Shown one piece after another: positions 29,505 to 39,510 of a stretch of DNA of 64,000 bases. How positions within the stretch are numbered: the stretch's first letter is position 1; each line of letters begins with the position of its first letter. Under the pieces are notes generated by a model that saw nothing but the letters and a program-made list of their open reading frames with translations, did no database searches and had not been told where the DNA came from. Source of the stretch: Bryobacterales bacterium. GTDB taxonomy: Bacteria; Acidobacteriota; Terriglobia; Bryobacterales; UBA6623. Where the stretch lies: assembly GCA_965248365.1 (NCBI GenBank), contig CBDFJA010000002.1, positions 892,659-956,658 on the forward strand, written 5' to 3'. Both the position numbers and the translations under genes were made by a program.

Positions 29505-31391
29505 CTACCTCCCGGTCTCCCATTTCAGGCCGACCCGCATCAACCGCGGTGTCCCCGTGGTCGGAGTAGGAACAAACCCCACCAGGAATCGCCGGTCCAG
29601 CAGATTCTCCACGGCCACGAGCGCCGAGACGCCGTGTCCCAGCCGGCGTTGCAACATGACCTGCAACGTCAAGAAACCCGGCAGCAGGAACTGATTCAAG
29701 TCATCTTCAAACTGTGCGGCCGAAGAGCGAATGCCGCCGCGAACGAGCGTCCCGCCGGCGGCGTAGAGCAACTGAAACGACCCTTGGTGTCGAGGGACTT
29801 GAGGCATCCAGACGCTGGTGTCGAGCTGCGAATCGACATAAAGATAAGCCGCCTCGGCGCGGAAGCGGCCGAAGGTCTTGAGGACTTCCAGCTCCATGCC
29901 CCGTCCGGTCGCCTTGCCTAGGTTCCGGCGCTGCCTCAACGGCGAAGGTCCCAGGCTAATCGTGGCATTGCCGATCAGATCACTAACCTCTTGCCAAAAA
30001 AGGGTCGTGCGAAAGATGGCCTCGCCCTTTCGCCAATCCAAACCCGCCTGGGCCCCGAACATCGTTTCCGGACGAAGCTCGGGATTGCTCAACGTAGTGA
30101 TGTTCCCGACGCGAAACTGACGGAAGAATTCGTTCAAGGTCGGAGCCCGGAAGCTGCGATAAACGGAAGCCCGCCAGCGGCGCGGGCCTTCCGAGAACGC
30201 CAGCCCCGCGCGCGGGCTCCAGAAGTCGTTTCCCCGATCGGAAAAGTCGTGGCGCAGGCCGCCATAGATTCGCGTGCGGGGCCCGGCGGCGAAATCAGTT
30301 TGTACAAACAAGCCTTGCTGCCACAACCTTCCACCCGGCCGGCGCACAAACCCTGTGCTGACGACCGTGTCGCGGCTTATGCCGCCTGTTCGGTGAGCGT
30401 CCGTCCCGAGGATCAGGTTCACCTTCGGCGACGGGCGCGTCCACACGGCCGATCCCCCGCTGTCTTCCGAGGTGACTCGTTGCAGCAGCGTCTGGCGCTC
30501 GAAGCCGCGAGCTTCGTTGACGAAGGAGAAACCGCTGCGCAACACTCCTCGCGAGTGATAGCCGCTAAGCGAAAGGCCCTCCCGCTGGTAGTGAGCACCG
30601 GCGGTTCCGAGCGAGCTGGCATTCGTTCGCAGCAACGTGGCGTTTTGCCGCTGCTCGGCGACAACGTTCGCCTTGAGCATCAAGCGGTCTTTCTTGCCGA
30701 AATAGTCGAAACGCAGGTCCCCGACGACAAAGTCGGCGTCGGCCCGGCGATCCACGCTGCCGCGGCTTTCCTCGGGCACGATGAAATACCCTGCCGAGCG
30801 GAACCCCCGAACCAGTGCGGATAGGCCAACTTTCCCCAACAAGTCCGCGTACCCGCCGCGAACATCCGCGATGCCGGCGCCCCCTGCTTCGGCCGCGGCC
30901 CACGCGCGGCGCGACTCCGGGGTGGGGGTGAGGAGCGAGACAACTCCTCCCATGCCGCGATCGCCGTAGACGCTCGTCGCGGCCCCGCGTGATATCTCGA
31001 CCGCGTCGATCGCGTCGGGGTTTACCCGGGACCAATACACCCATCCGCCGAAAGGGTCGTTCAACGGCAAACCATCGTACAAGACCAACGTGCGCCCGGC
31101 CGCGCTGCTGCCGATTCCCCGAAGCGAAATCCCCTGCGTGGTCGGATGGGCGACCAGACTGGACGAGCGCCGGAACAGCGTGAAGCCGGGAATCTCACGC
31201 AGACGGTCGTCCAGGTTGACTCCCGGGTGCGATTCGAGCGTCTCTCGCGAAACCGAGGTGATATACCCCGATGAAGGGGAGTCCACGGTCCCCCGGACCG
31301 TGATCGTCGTCTTCAGCGGCTCGAGTTCAAGCCGCTCGTCGTCGGCCCACAACGCGCCTGGAAGCGCCAACAGGAGCAAATACCAGATCAT
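29505..31391 (-). CDS. TonB-dependent receptor
   Basis: Signal peptide, plug LREIPGFTLFRR..ISLRGIG, FRAPTLNE, NPELRPE, VENLLDRR. Confidence 0.9.
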   Translation of the reverse strand: MIWYLLLLALPGALWADDERLELEPLKTTITVRGTVDSPSSGYITSVSRETLESHPGVNLDDRLREIPGFTLFRRSSSLVAHPTTQGISLRGIGSSAAGRTLVLYDGLPLNDPFGGWVYWSRVNPDAIDAVEISRGAATSVYGDRGMGGVVSLLTPTPESRRAWAAAEAGGAGIADVRGGYADLLGKVGLSALVRGFRSAGYFIVPEESRGSVDRRADADFVVGDLRFDYFGKKDRLMLKANVVAEQRQNATLLRTNASSLGTAGAHYQREGLSLSGYHSRGVLRSGFSFVNEARGFERQTLLQRVTSEDSGGSAVWTRPSPKVNLILGTDAHRTGGISRDTVVSTGFVRRPGGRLWQQGLFVQTDFAAGPRTRIYGGLRHDFSDRGNDFWSPRAGLAFSEGPRRWRASVYRSFRAPTLNEFFRQFRVGNITTLSNPELRPETMFGAQAGLDWRKGEAIFRTTLFWQEVSDLIGNATISLGPSPLRQRRNLGKATGRGMELEVLKTFGRFRAEAAYLYVDSQLDTSVWMPQVPRHQGSFQLLYAAGGTLVRGGIRSSAAQFEDDLNQFLLPGFLTLQVMLQRRLGHGVSALVAVENLLDRRFLVGFVPTPTTGTPRLMRVGLKWETGR

Positions 31392-31638
31392 CGGAAGTAT
31401 ACGGGGGTGAACGCAGGCCCCTCTGCAAAATTGTAGCGCGGGCCATGGGCGCGGCGATGTTGCGCCGGGAGACCCCGTGCCCTTGCCTGGCCATGGGCGG
31501 GCTTATCGCGTGCTGGGACTGTCGGGTGGCGAAACAAGCGGGCTCGATCCCGCCCGCCCCGCCGTCTGTGCGCCTGGTTCCCTCAGCGGTCGACTATGCT
31601 AAGGTTCTATACTGAAACTTAGGCAACTATGGAGTCGC

Positions 31639-31707
31639 GCAAATTATGGTGACGCGGCCCGTGTTCAGACCGTAGGGGCACGGCATGCTGTGCCCGTGTT
31701 CCCAAGT
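31639..31707 (+). repeat. 69-bp GTAG-REP-containing repeat (copy 2), upstream of ccmE
   Basis: See 26440-26508. Confidence 0.85.
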
Positions 31708-31754
31708 CACTGTATTTTGCGAGTCTCGATAGGCCGGTCCGAGGAGGAGAGATC

Positions 31755-32195
31755 ATGAGCCCGCGAGTCAAGTTCAGCATTGTCACCGTCGTCATTCTCG
31801 GCGTGCTTGTGTGGCTGGGTGTCGCCGGCATCAATGAGACGAAGACCTACTACGTGACGGTCGAGGAACTTCACGCCATGGGCGACGCCCAAGATAGAAG
31901 GCTCCGCGTCGGAGGGGACGTCGAACCGGGATCGATCGTTCGCAAGGCGGACCGGGTCGAGTTTACCATTACCCAGGAAGACCGAAAGTTGAACGTCGTC
32001 TATGTCGGGCGCGACCCGCTGCCCGACACTTTTCGTGACCGCGCCCAAGCGCTCTGTGACGGCAAGCTGCGCGGCGACCAAGTATTCGAGGCGCGCAAGA
32101 TTCAAGCCAAATGCACGTCCAAGTATGAGGCTGACCCGGGAGGCGGGGCCAAACCTGTGCATGAACCCACGCCCGACCGCGAGGCGTCGCTGTAA
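31755..32195 (+). CDS. ccmE: Cytochrome c maturation heme chaperone CcmE, CxxxY variant
   Basis: YYVTVEEL, RLRVGGDVEPGSI, PLPDTF, AKCTSKY in place of HxxxY. Confidence 0.92.
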   Translation: MSPRVKFSIVTVVILGVLVWLGVAGINETKTYYVTVEELHAMGDAQDRRLRVGGDVEPGSIVRKADRVEFTITQEDRKLNVVYVGRDPLPDTFRDRAQALCDGKLRGDQVFEARKIQAKCTSKYEADPGGGAKPVHEPTPDREASL

Positions 32196-32311
32196 TCACG
32201 GCGGGCGGGGAAGCTGGCCCATATGAAGGGGGTCGACGGGCTCCTCCGTTCAGGTCGCCAGTGTTCCTTTCTCCCCACCGGCAGAGCGGTTTCTTTATAA
32301 GGCCATAGAAG

Positions 32312-34339
32312 ATGGAAAACCTCGGATATCTGGCACTCGTTCTTGCCTTGTGCCTTTCCGCCTACGCTGTCGTCGCCGCTGTCGCCGGCAGGTTGCGCGG
32401 CAATCTCTTCTTGGAAGTCAGCTCGCAGCGGGCCGTTGTGGCGGCTTGGCTGCTCATTACAACGGCCTCCGGGCTGCTTCTGTACGGCATTTTCACAGAC
32501 GACTTCCGGCTCAGCTTTGTCGCCGGCAAAAGCAATGCCGAGTTGCCGGCGGTCTACAAGTTCGCTGTTTGGTGGGGTGGGCAGGAAGGGTCTTTGCTGT
32601 TTTGGACCTGGATTCTGGCCACCTATTCTTTTGTGGCGGTTTACACCAGCCGCCGCAGGCACCGCGACATGATTGCCTACGTCGTGGCGATCATGATGAC
32701 CGTTCAGGCCTTCTTCCTCATTCTGGTGAACTTCGTCGCCAATCCGTTCCAGGTGCTGATGGCCGGTCCGCAGATCACCTCCCTACCGGACGGCAACGGG
32801 CTGAACCCATTGCTGCAGAACCCTTACATGGCAATCCATCCGCCGATGTTGTACCTCGGCTTCGTTGGTTTTACGGTGCCGTTCGCTTTCGCCATGGCCT
32901 CTTTGATTACCAGGCAGCCGGGAGACCGTTGGATCCGAACCACGCGGGTCTGGACGATGGTTACCTGGCTGTTTCAAGGTGTCGGCGTTCTGCTTGGCGC
33001 CAAGTGGGCGTACGTGGTACTCGGTTGGGGCGGCTACTGGGGTTGGGACCCGGTCGAAAACGCCTCCCTGCTGCCCTGGATAACCGCAACGGCCTTTTTG
33101 CACTCGGTGATGATGCAGGAAAAGAAGGGCATGATGAAGATGTGGAACATCGTGCTGATCTCGGCCACTTTCTTCCTGTGCATTTTCGGCACCATGATGA
33201 CGCGCAGCGGGCTGGTCAGCTCCGTTCATGCTTTCGCGCGGTCGCCGATCGGCGACTACTTCGTTTGGTTTCTGGTGCTGGGGATCGGGGCCACCATTTT
33301 CCTGATTCTGAACCGCCTCGATTATCTGCGGAGCGAGAACCAGCTCGATTCCGTGCTTTCTCGCGAGTCAAGTTTTCTGTTCAACAACGTAATCTTGCTG
33401 GCCAGTTGCTTCGCGGTGCTGTGGGGTACCTTATTTCCCGTGATTAGTGAAGCCGCCACGAATGAGAAGATCAGCGTCGGGCCGCCGTTTTTCAACAAGG
33501 TGAACATCCCCATCGCGTTCGTGCTGCTGCTGCTCACCGGTGTCGGCCCGCTGTTTGCCTGGCGGCGTACGTCCTTAGACAGCCTGCGACGCAATTTTCA
33601 GTGGCCTGCCCTGGCCGCGTTGGTGCTGGGAGTGGCGCTCGTCGTGGCCGGTATGCGGCACTTTTATGCGGTCGTCTGTTTCGTGCTCTGCCTCTTCGTG
33701 GCCATTACGATCGTGATGGAGTTTCACCGGGGTGGTCGCGTGATCCAGCGCAAGCAGGGGAACTCTTACCCGGGCGCGCTCGTGGAGCTGACGCACCGCA
33801 ATACGCGGCGCTACGGCGGATACCTCGTCCATATGGCCGTGGTTTTGATGTTCGTCGGCTTTGCCGGCGCCGCGTTCAACCAAGTCGGCCAGGCGGAGTT
33901 GGCTGTCGGGGATGTGCTGCGGCAAGGCGAGTATGAGTTTCACCTCAAGGAAATCGCGGAAGACGACAATGGCAACTATGCCAGTGCGGCCGCCGTGATG
34001 GAACTTCGCAGGGAGGGCGAACTGCTCGAAGTTATGCGGCCCGAGCAGCGCTTTTACCACGCCAGCCGACAGACGACGACCAACGTGGCGATCCGCTTCG
34101 GTATGGACGAAGACGTGTACCTGGTGTACGCCGGCACTTCCAGTGACGGGCAGACACCCGTTATCCAGGCCTATATCAACCCCCTCGTCAACTGGATTTG
34201 GTTGGGTGCTTTCGTGATGATACTCGGCACCCTGGTCGCGCTCATTCCCAACAAGGTTAGGCAAGTGCCTGCGAAACCGATGATCGCGACCTCGGTTTCG
34301 GAAGGAGAGGAAGCCCCTGCGATTCTTACGAAGAGTTAG
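32312..34339 (+). CDS. ccmF: Cytochrome c heme lyase CcmF
   Basis: WGGQEGSLL, GLNPLLQ, HPPMLYLG, WGGYWGWDPVENAS, SVHAF. Confidence 0.97.
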   Translation: MENLGYLALVLALCLSAYAVVAAVAGRLRGNLFLEVSSQRAVVAAWLLITTASGLLLYGIFTDDFRLSFVAGKSNAELPAVYKFAVWWGGQEGSLLFWTWILATYSFVAVYTSRRRHRDMIAYVVAIMMTVQAFFLILVNFVANPFQVLMAGPQITSLPDGNGLNPLLQNPYMAIHPPMLYLGFVGFTVPFAFAMASLITRQPGDRWIRTTRVWTMVTWLFQGVGVLLGAKWAYVVLGWGGYWGWDPVENASLLPWITATAFLHSVMMQEKKGMMKMWNIVLISATFFLCIFGTMMTRSGLVSSVHAFARSPIGDYFVWFLVLGIGATIFLILNRLDYLRSENQLDSVLSRESSFLFNNVILLASCFAVLWGTLFPVISEAATNEKISVGPPFFNKVNIPIAFVLLLLTGVGPLFAWRRTSLDSLRRNFQWPALAALVLGVALVVAGMRHFYAVVCFVLCLFVAITIVMEFHRGGRVIQRKQGNSYPGALVELTHRNTRRYGGYLVHMAVVLMFVGFAGAAFNQVGQAELAVGDVLRQGEYEFHLKEIAEDDNGNYASAAAVMELRREGELLEVMRPEQRFYHASRQTTTNVAIRFGMDEDVYLVYAGTSSDGQTPVIQAYINPLVNWIWLGAFVMILGTLVALIPNKVRQVPAKPMIATSVSEGEEAPAILTKS

Positions 34340-34805
34340 CGTTATTGTGCTCCTGGCGGCGCCCCCCGTTTTCGCGGAGAACGTGACGACCACCGACGAG
34401 ATGTATCTCAAGGTTCGGGCCGTGGGCGAAAAGCTTAAGTGCCAGTGCGAGTCGCAGTGTTCCTATACAGTCGCCGGCTGCAACATGCTGCATTGCAGTT
34501 TCCGAGAAAAGGTGAATCCGGAAATTAAAGCGGCAATTGAAACCGGTTTGGCGCCTGAGGCTATCATTGAAAACTTGATTGCGAAATTCGGCTCGGCGCT
34601 GCGCACAGAGCCGCAGGCCGAGGGCTTCGGCCTGTTCGGTTGGGCCATGCCGTTTGCTGCTCTTCTGGCCGGGCTGATTATCGCTCCGGTCGTTGTGCTG
34701 AGGTGGCGCGCGAAGCACCCCGCGACGGCGTCGGCGCAAACCGGCGGGGACGTGCTGGCCAAGTATCGCGATCAGATCGAGAAGGAAGTGGACGAGCTAG
34801 AGTAA
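34317..34805 (+). CDS. ccmH: CcmH-like protein with Cys-rich motif (start uncertain)
   Basis: LKCQCESQCSYTVAGCNMLHC, IIENLIAKFG, C-terminal TM; follows ccmF. Confidence 0.75.
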   Translation: MRFLRRVSVIVLLAAPPVFAENVTTTDEMYLKVRAVGEKLKCQCESQCSYTVAGCNMLHCSFREKVNPEIKAAIETGLAPEAIIENLIAKFGSALRTEPQAEGFGLFGWAMPFAALLAGLIIAPVVVLRWRAKHPATASAQTGGDVLAKYRDQIEKEVDELE

Positions 34806-34817
34806 GCTTGGTCCCGA

Positions 34818-35104
34818 TGCTTATCGTCTGTTCCATCGTGCTCGTTCTGGTTGCGCTCGGGCTGCCGTTACTGATTCGACCGAGCTCGATCCCGCCTCCC
34901 GAGCCAACCTCTCCCACCCAGCATCTCGAGGACAGGAAGGCCACGATTTACGAGAATCTGAGGGACGCTCAAGCCGAGTATCACATGGGCAAGCTCTCCG
35001 ACCAAGACTACCAGCAGACCAAGCTCGATCTGCAGAAGGAACTGGCCGGCGTGCTGGCCGAGATCGACCGCGTAACGAGCGCCGAACAAGGCAAGTCCGC
35101 GTAG
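34818..35104 (+). CDS. Small CcmI-N-terminal-like membrane protein
   Basis: TM followed by RKATIYENLRDAQAEYHMGKLSDQDY. Confidence 0.65.
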
Positions 35105-35207
35105 TTCGTTGCGATCGCGACCGTTAGTACTGCAAAGTAAGACGCTTGTCGAAAAGGCCGGAAAACTCCATGGAGCGTACGCTTAGGTGAGACCGGAAAC
35201 GGAGCCG

Positions 35208-36416
35208 AGGCCGCGAGGCCGCGGTCAAGTTCGCGGAATGGCTCGCTGTTGCGACCACACAACGCTGCTTAGGCTTGACCGCACCCTGGCGGATGCGGCT
35301 CTGCCGGTTCCCGTGCATCGGTGGGGTCCCCTCTGGGTCCTCGCCGCTTTCCTGCTGCTGCCGGCGGTTGCCTGGGGGGCGATTCAGGGTAGGGTCTACA
35401 ACGGTACAACCGGGGACTTCGTTCCGAGAGTTCCGGTCACCCTGATTGAAATCGGCGGGGCTCAGGGCATGGCCCCGGTCGAGGAGGTCTACACAGGTTC
35501 TGACGGCAGTTTCGCCTTCGACCGACAGGTTGGGGGAACCGATGAACGGGCAGTCCATGGGATGTTACGAGCCGAATTTGAAGGCGTTTCCTACAGCCAA
35601 ATCATCGCGCCGGGCGCGCCGACCGACGACGTTCGCGTCACTGTCTATAGCGTCGCGGAAGAGGAGTTAAAGCCGCGGGTCCACGGTTTGCTGCTGGAGC
35701 CCCGGGACGGAGAAATCCTCATCAACGAGTTCTTCTCGTTTTCAAATGAAACGCAGCCCCCGCGGACCTTTCGTGATGCCGACCGCGGTGCCGTGCGTTT
35801 CCACCTAGGGAAAGAAGCGCACTCCTCGCTTCAAGTCAGGACAACCGGGCCGGCCGGCATGCCCTTGCCAGGGGCCGTATCCGACACGGGCGTGGAAGAC
35901 GTTTATTCGGTCGACTTTGCGCTCAAGCCCGGTGAGAATCATATCGAATTGACCTACCGCGTTCCTCACGCCGACGGAGGTTCGTTTCGGGGACGTGTGT
36001 TGTATGATGGCCTGGCGACGAATCTGGTCGTACCGCCGGGCGTCTCTTTGGAGGGGGAAGGCCTGGTCTCTTTGGGGGAGCACCCGGAAATAAAAACTGC
36101 TATTTTTCAGATTCCGCCGACCAGAGAGTTTGAGATTTCCATTTCGGGGCAAGGCCGCCTACGGCGCTCAGGACCCGAGGGAGCGCCGGATTCGCCCGAG
36201 ATCGAGGTTGCCCCGGTGCCCGTCGCACAAGAGCTGACCTGGCTGCTGGCCATTACGGGCGCCATCCTAGCGATCGGTTTCTTCCGGCTTGTCGGTTCGA
36301 AGTTGTCTTCGGCGTCACCGGGCGGAGATCCGCAAATCGGAGGAGGCGGGGCAGCGGCGAAAGGCAAGCGTGGCCCGGCCGGGAAAGCTTCTAGGCCGGG
36401 CCGCCGGAAACGATGA
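35208..36416 (+). CDS. Secreted/membrane protein with carboxypeptidase-regulatory-like N-domain in the ccm cluster (start uncertain)
   Basis: Signal ending AVAWG, IQGRVYNGTTG..VPVTL, C-terminal TM. Confidence 0.65.
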   Translation, partial: RPRGRGQVRGMARCCDHTTLLRLDRTLADAALPVPVHRWGPLWVLAAFLLLPAVAWGAIQGRVYNGTTGDFVPRVPVTLIEIGGAQGMAPVEEVYTGSDGSFAFDRQVGGTDERAVHGMLRAEFEGVSYSQIIAPGAPTDDVRVTVYSVAEEELKPRVHGLLLEPRDGEILINEFFSFSNETQPPRTFRDADRGAVRFHLGKEAHSSLQVRTTGPAGMPLPGAVSDTGVEDVYSVDFALKPGENHIELTYRVPHADGGSFRGRVLYDGLATNLVVPPGVSLEGEGLVSLGEHPEIKTAIFQIPPTREFEISISGQGRLRRSGPEGAPDSPEIEVAPVPVAQELTWLLAITGAILAIGFFRLVGSKLSSASPGGDPQIGGGGAAAKGKRGPAGKASRPGRRKR

Positions 36417-37111
36417 GTGATCCCGTTATTTCCCTGCAGGGCGTCTGGAAGTACTTTGGCGACTTCCCTGCCGTCCGCGACGTTAGCTTTGACATTCCTT
36501 CGGGCACGATTCTCGCTCTGCTGGGACGCAACGGGGCAGGGAAGACCACCGTGCTGCGCATGATGGCCGGGCTGCTGCGGTCGTCCCGCGGGCGGATTCA
36601 AGTGAACCCCTCTCACGCCCCAGAAGCCGATACGCGCGGCTTGATCGGCATGGTCGGCCATGGCGAATGGATTTATGACGACTTGACGGCGGAGGAAAAC
36701 CTGGAATTCTTCGCCCGGCTTTATCGGGTCAAAGATGCCCCTCGAAGAATCGACCACTGGCTCGAAACAACGGGCCTCGATCGCTTCCGGCGCTCTCGGG
36801 CGGCCGAGTTCTCTCGTGGCATGCGCCAGCGCCTGGCAATCGCGCGAGCTTTTCTCCACGAGCCGAACGTCGTGTTGCTGGATGAGCCGTGGACAGCTTT
36901 GGATGATCGGGCCACGTCTTTGTTAACGTCGTTGGTGGTTGATAACCGAAAACTTGGCCGCACGGTTGTGATTTGTTCTCACCAGTTGCGGGAAGCCCTG
37001 GAAGTGGCTACCGACCTCGTAGTCCTCGATCGCGGCCGGGTTGTCTTCGAAGGCCCCAATGACGAACAGCTCAAATCCTCGCCGGATGAGTTCTACCAGA
37101 GAATCTCGTGA
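36413..37111 (+). CDS. ccmA: Heme exporter ATP-binding protein CcmA
   Basis: GRNGAGKTT, FSRGMRQRL, LLDEPWTALD; gene context. Confidence 0.88.
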   Translation: MSDPVISLQGVWKYFGDFPAVRDVSFDIPSGTILALLGRNGAGKTTVLRMMAGLLRSSRGRIQVNPSHAPEADTRGLIGMVGHGEWIYDDLTAEENLEFFARLYRVKDAPRRIDHWLETTGLDRFRRSRAAEFSRGMRQRLAIARAFLHEPNVVLLDEPWTALDDRATSLLTSLVVDNRKLGRTVVICSHQLREALEVATDLVVLDRGRVVFEGPNDEQLKSSPDEFYQRIS

Positions 37112-37791
37112 TTGAATTTTTCCGACAGGCCTTGACGATTGCCGGCAAAGACCTGCGAAGTGAATTCCGAAACAAGGAAGTCATGAACGCGGCCGTGTCG
37201 TTTACCGTAGCCGTGCTGCTGTTGTTCAGCTTTGCTTTTGAGCCGGCGTCGAACGTCGACGTCCGGGAAATGTCGGGGGGGCTGCTGTGGGTTGTCTATT
37301 TGTTCTCCGGTATTCTGATCTTGAATCGAAGTTTCGCCCGGGAATCAGGCGGTGATTGCCTGGATGCGTTGGTGGCCGCTCCCGTTTCCGGGGGTTCCAT
37401 TTTTCTCGGGAAGGCGCTGGCGAACAGCATACTCTTGCTGGTTCTGGAGTGTATTTCGCTACCGATTTTCGGCGTTTTCTACGAGGTCGATTGGACGAGA
37501 TCCCTGGACCGTCTACTACCGGTTTTCGTTTTGGGTACCTGGGGATTGACGGTGGTCGGCACGACTTTCAGCGCGCTGACCGCCAATAACCGCCTTCGAG
37601 AACTGATGCTGCCGCTTCTCGTTTTCCCGATCACCCTACCGGTGCTGATGGCCTGTGTGGAGCTGACTTCACTGATTTTTACCGGGCAGCCGTTCGGTGA
37701 CTCCATCATTTGGCTGAAGCTTCTCTTCGGTTTCGGCGTGATCTTCTCGCTTCTCGGGGGGGTCTTATTGGATGTTGTCCTTCTTGGGTAA
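37108..37791 (+). CDS. ccmB: Heme exporter protein CcmB
   Basis: KDLRSEFR, GLLWV, RSFARE, ELMLPLLVFPITLPV. Confidence 0.92.
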   Translation: MIEFFRQALTIAGKDLRSEFRNKEVMNAAVSFTVAVLLLFSFAFEPASNVDVREMSGGLLWVVYLFSGILILNRSFARESGGDCLDALVAAPVSGGSIFLGKALANSILLLVLECISLPIFGVFYEVDWTRSLDRLLPVFVLGTWGLTVVGTTFSALTANNRLRELMLPLLVFPITLPVLMACVELTSLIFTGQPFGDSIIWLKLLFGFGVIFSLLGGVLLDVVLLG

Positions 37792-37981
37792 CTGCCATAT
37801 AACGGGAAGACGGCAGCGCCGTTCCGACTCGGGCGATTGACCTTGCCCCCTAAAACGAGTCCAAGTTGAATGTTAGGATTTTCGGTTTTAGGAAGGAGGC
37901 AAGAGATGGCAGGGAAGCGATTTAGTGCAGAACAGATCATCATCAAGTTGCGTGAGGCAGAGGTGGGTCTAGCTCAAGGAC

Positions 37982-39510
37982 TGGAGTGGACCCCGAAAAT
38001 GAGACAACTCGTTAAGCATCTTTTTACAGTGAATGGAGAGAGGTGCCATGACGTTGTCCAGGAGAAAGTTTTCCGCCGAGTTCAAGTTACGGGCGGTGAG
38101 GCAGGTCGAGGCGGGAGCCTCGGTCGCCGCCGTGGCGCGGCGACATGAGATCCATCCGACGCTTTTGAGCAAGTGGCGGCAACAGCTGCGCCGCGATCCC
38201 GAACGAGCCTTTCAGCGCGACCGCGAGCCCAATGACGAGCAGATCCAGGTGAGCGAGCTGGAGCAGATGGTGGGCCGGCTCACGATGGAGAACGCCCTGT
38301 TAAAAAAGGCCTTGGCGCGGCTCGAGGAACAACAGCTTCCGAGCGCCGCGTCTTCAAAGACAAGATGATCCCCTTGATCGAGCAACAACGGGAAACGGGA
38401 GCGGGCTTGTCGTTGGCCGCGATGTGTCGTGTGCTGGAGGTCTCCCGCGCGGCCTACTACCGGGCTCGTCAACCGCCCGCGGGCGACAACGAGACGGCGT
38501 TGCGGGACGTGATCCAGCGCATCGCCGTGGAGATGCCCGCCTACGGCTCGCGGCGCATCACCGCCGAGCTGCGGCGCCAAGGTTGGGTGATCAACCGCAA
38601 GCGCGTGCAGCGCATCATGCGCCAGGACAACCTGCTGTGTCTGCGCCGCAAGAAATTCATCCGCACGACCGATTCCGAACACGGCATGGCGGTTTACCCG
38701 AATCTCGTGCCGACGCTCGATATCAGCGCTGTGAACCAACTCTGGGTGGCCGACATCACCTACATTCGGCTGTTGCGGGAGTTCGTGTATCTGGCGGTGG
38801 TGTTGGACGCCTTCTCGCGGCGGGTGATCGGCTGGTCGCTGGGTCGCACTTTGGAGGCGGAGTTGGCGTTGGCCGCCTTACGGACGGCCTTGCGGACACG
38901 CGAGATCGGGCCGGGCTTGGTGCATCACTCCGACCGCGGCGTGCAGTACGCCTCGGGCGACTACACGAAGCTGCTCCAACAGCACGGCATTAGCATCAGC
39001 ATGAGCCGCAAGGCCAATCCCTACGACAACGCCATGGCGGAATCGTTCATGAAGACCTTGAAATATGAAGAGGTCTATTTGTTCGAGTATGAAGATTTCG
39101 CCGAGGCGAAACGGCGCGTCGGGCAGTTTCTCGATCGCGTCTACAACGAGAAACGTTTGCACTCGGCGCTGGGGTATCTGCCGCCGGTCGAGTACGAGCA
39201 AAGCGTGCTCGAACAGGCCAGTCTCGCGGGAGTCGTGGGATGAGTTTTCCGAGGCATGAGGGAATCTTTCGATCCGATGGGCGGGGTTCGTGCCGGAGTG
39301 GGGCGCGAAGCGAGAGGCTCCACGCCCCGACCCATCGTCTCGATGAGTTCCCGCCCGGCTATTCCTCGGCGGGTTGGTCTCCACCAGAGCCCGCCTCCGC
39401 TTCACCGGCCGAGCAGAAGTTTACAATGAAGGCCGCTCCCCAGCCAAGCCTTTTTCAGCGAATGGGGAAACCCTGCTTAGCAGGTTGTTTCACTACAGGG
39501 GTCCACCCCA
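37982..39510 (+). mobile_element. Nested IS3-family element (1529 bp), GAC on both flanks
   Basis: IRL TGGAGTGGACCCCGAAAATGAGACA; IRR reverse complement TGGGGTGGACCCCTGTAGTGAAACA. Confidence 0.93.
38048..39243 (+). CDS. IS3 transposase OrfA/OrfB of the inner element, with -1 frameshift site A6G at 38302-38308
   Basis: RRKFSAEFKLRAV HTH; WVADITYI, HHSDRGVQY, DNAMAESF; the -1 frame is open from A6G into orfB. Confidence 0.95.
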
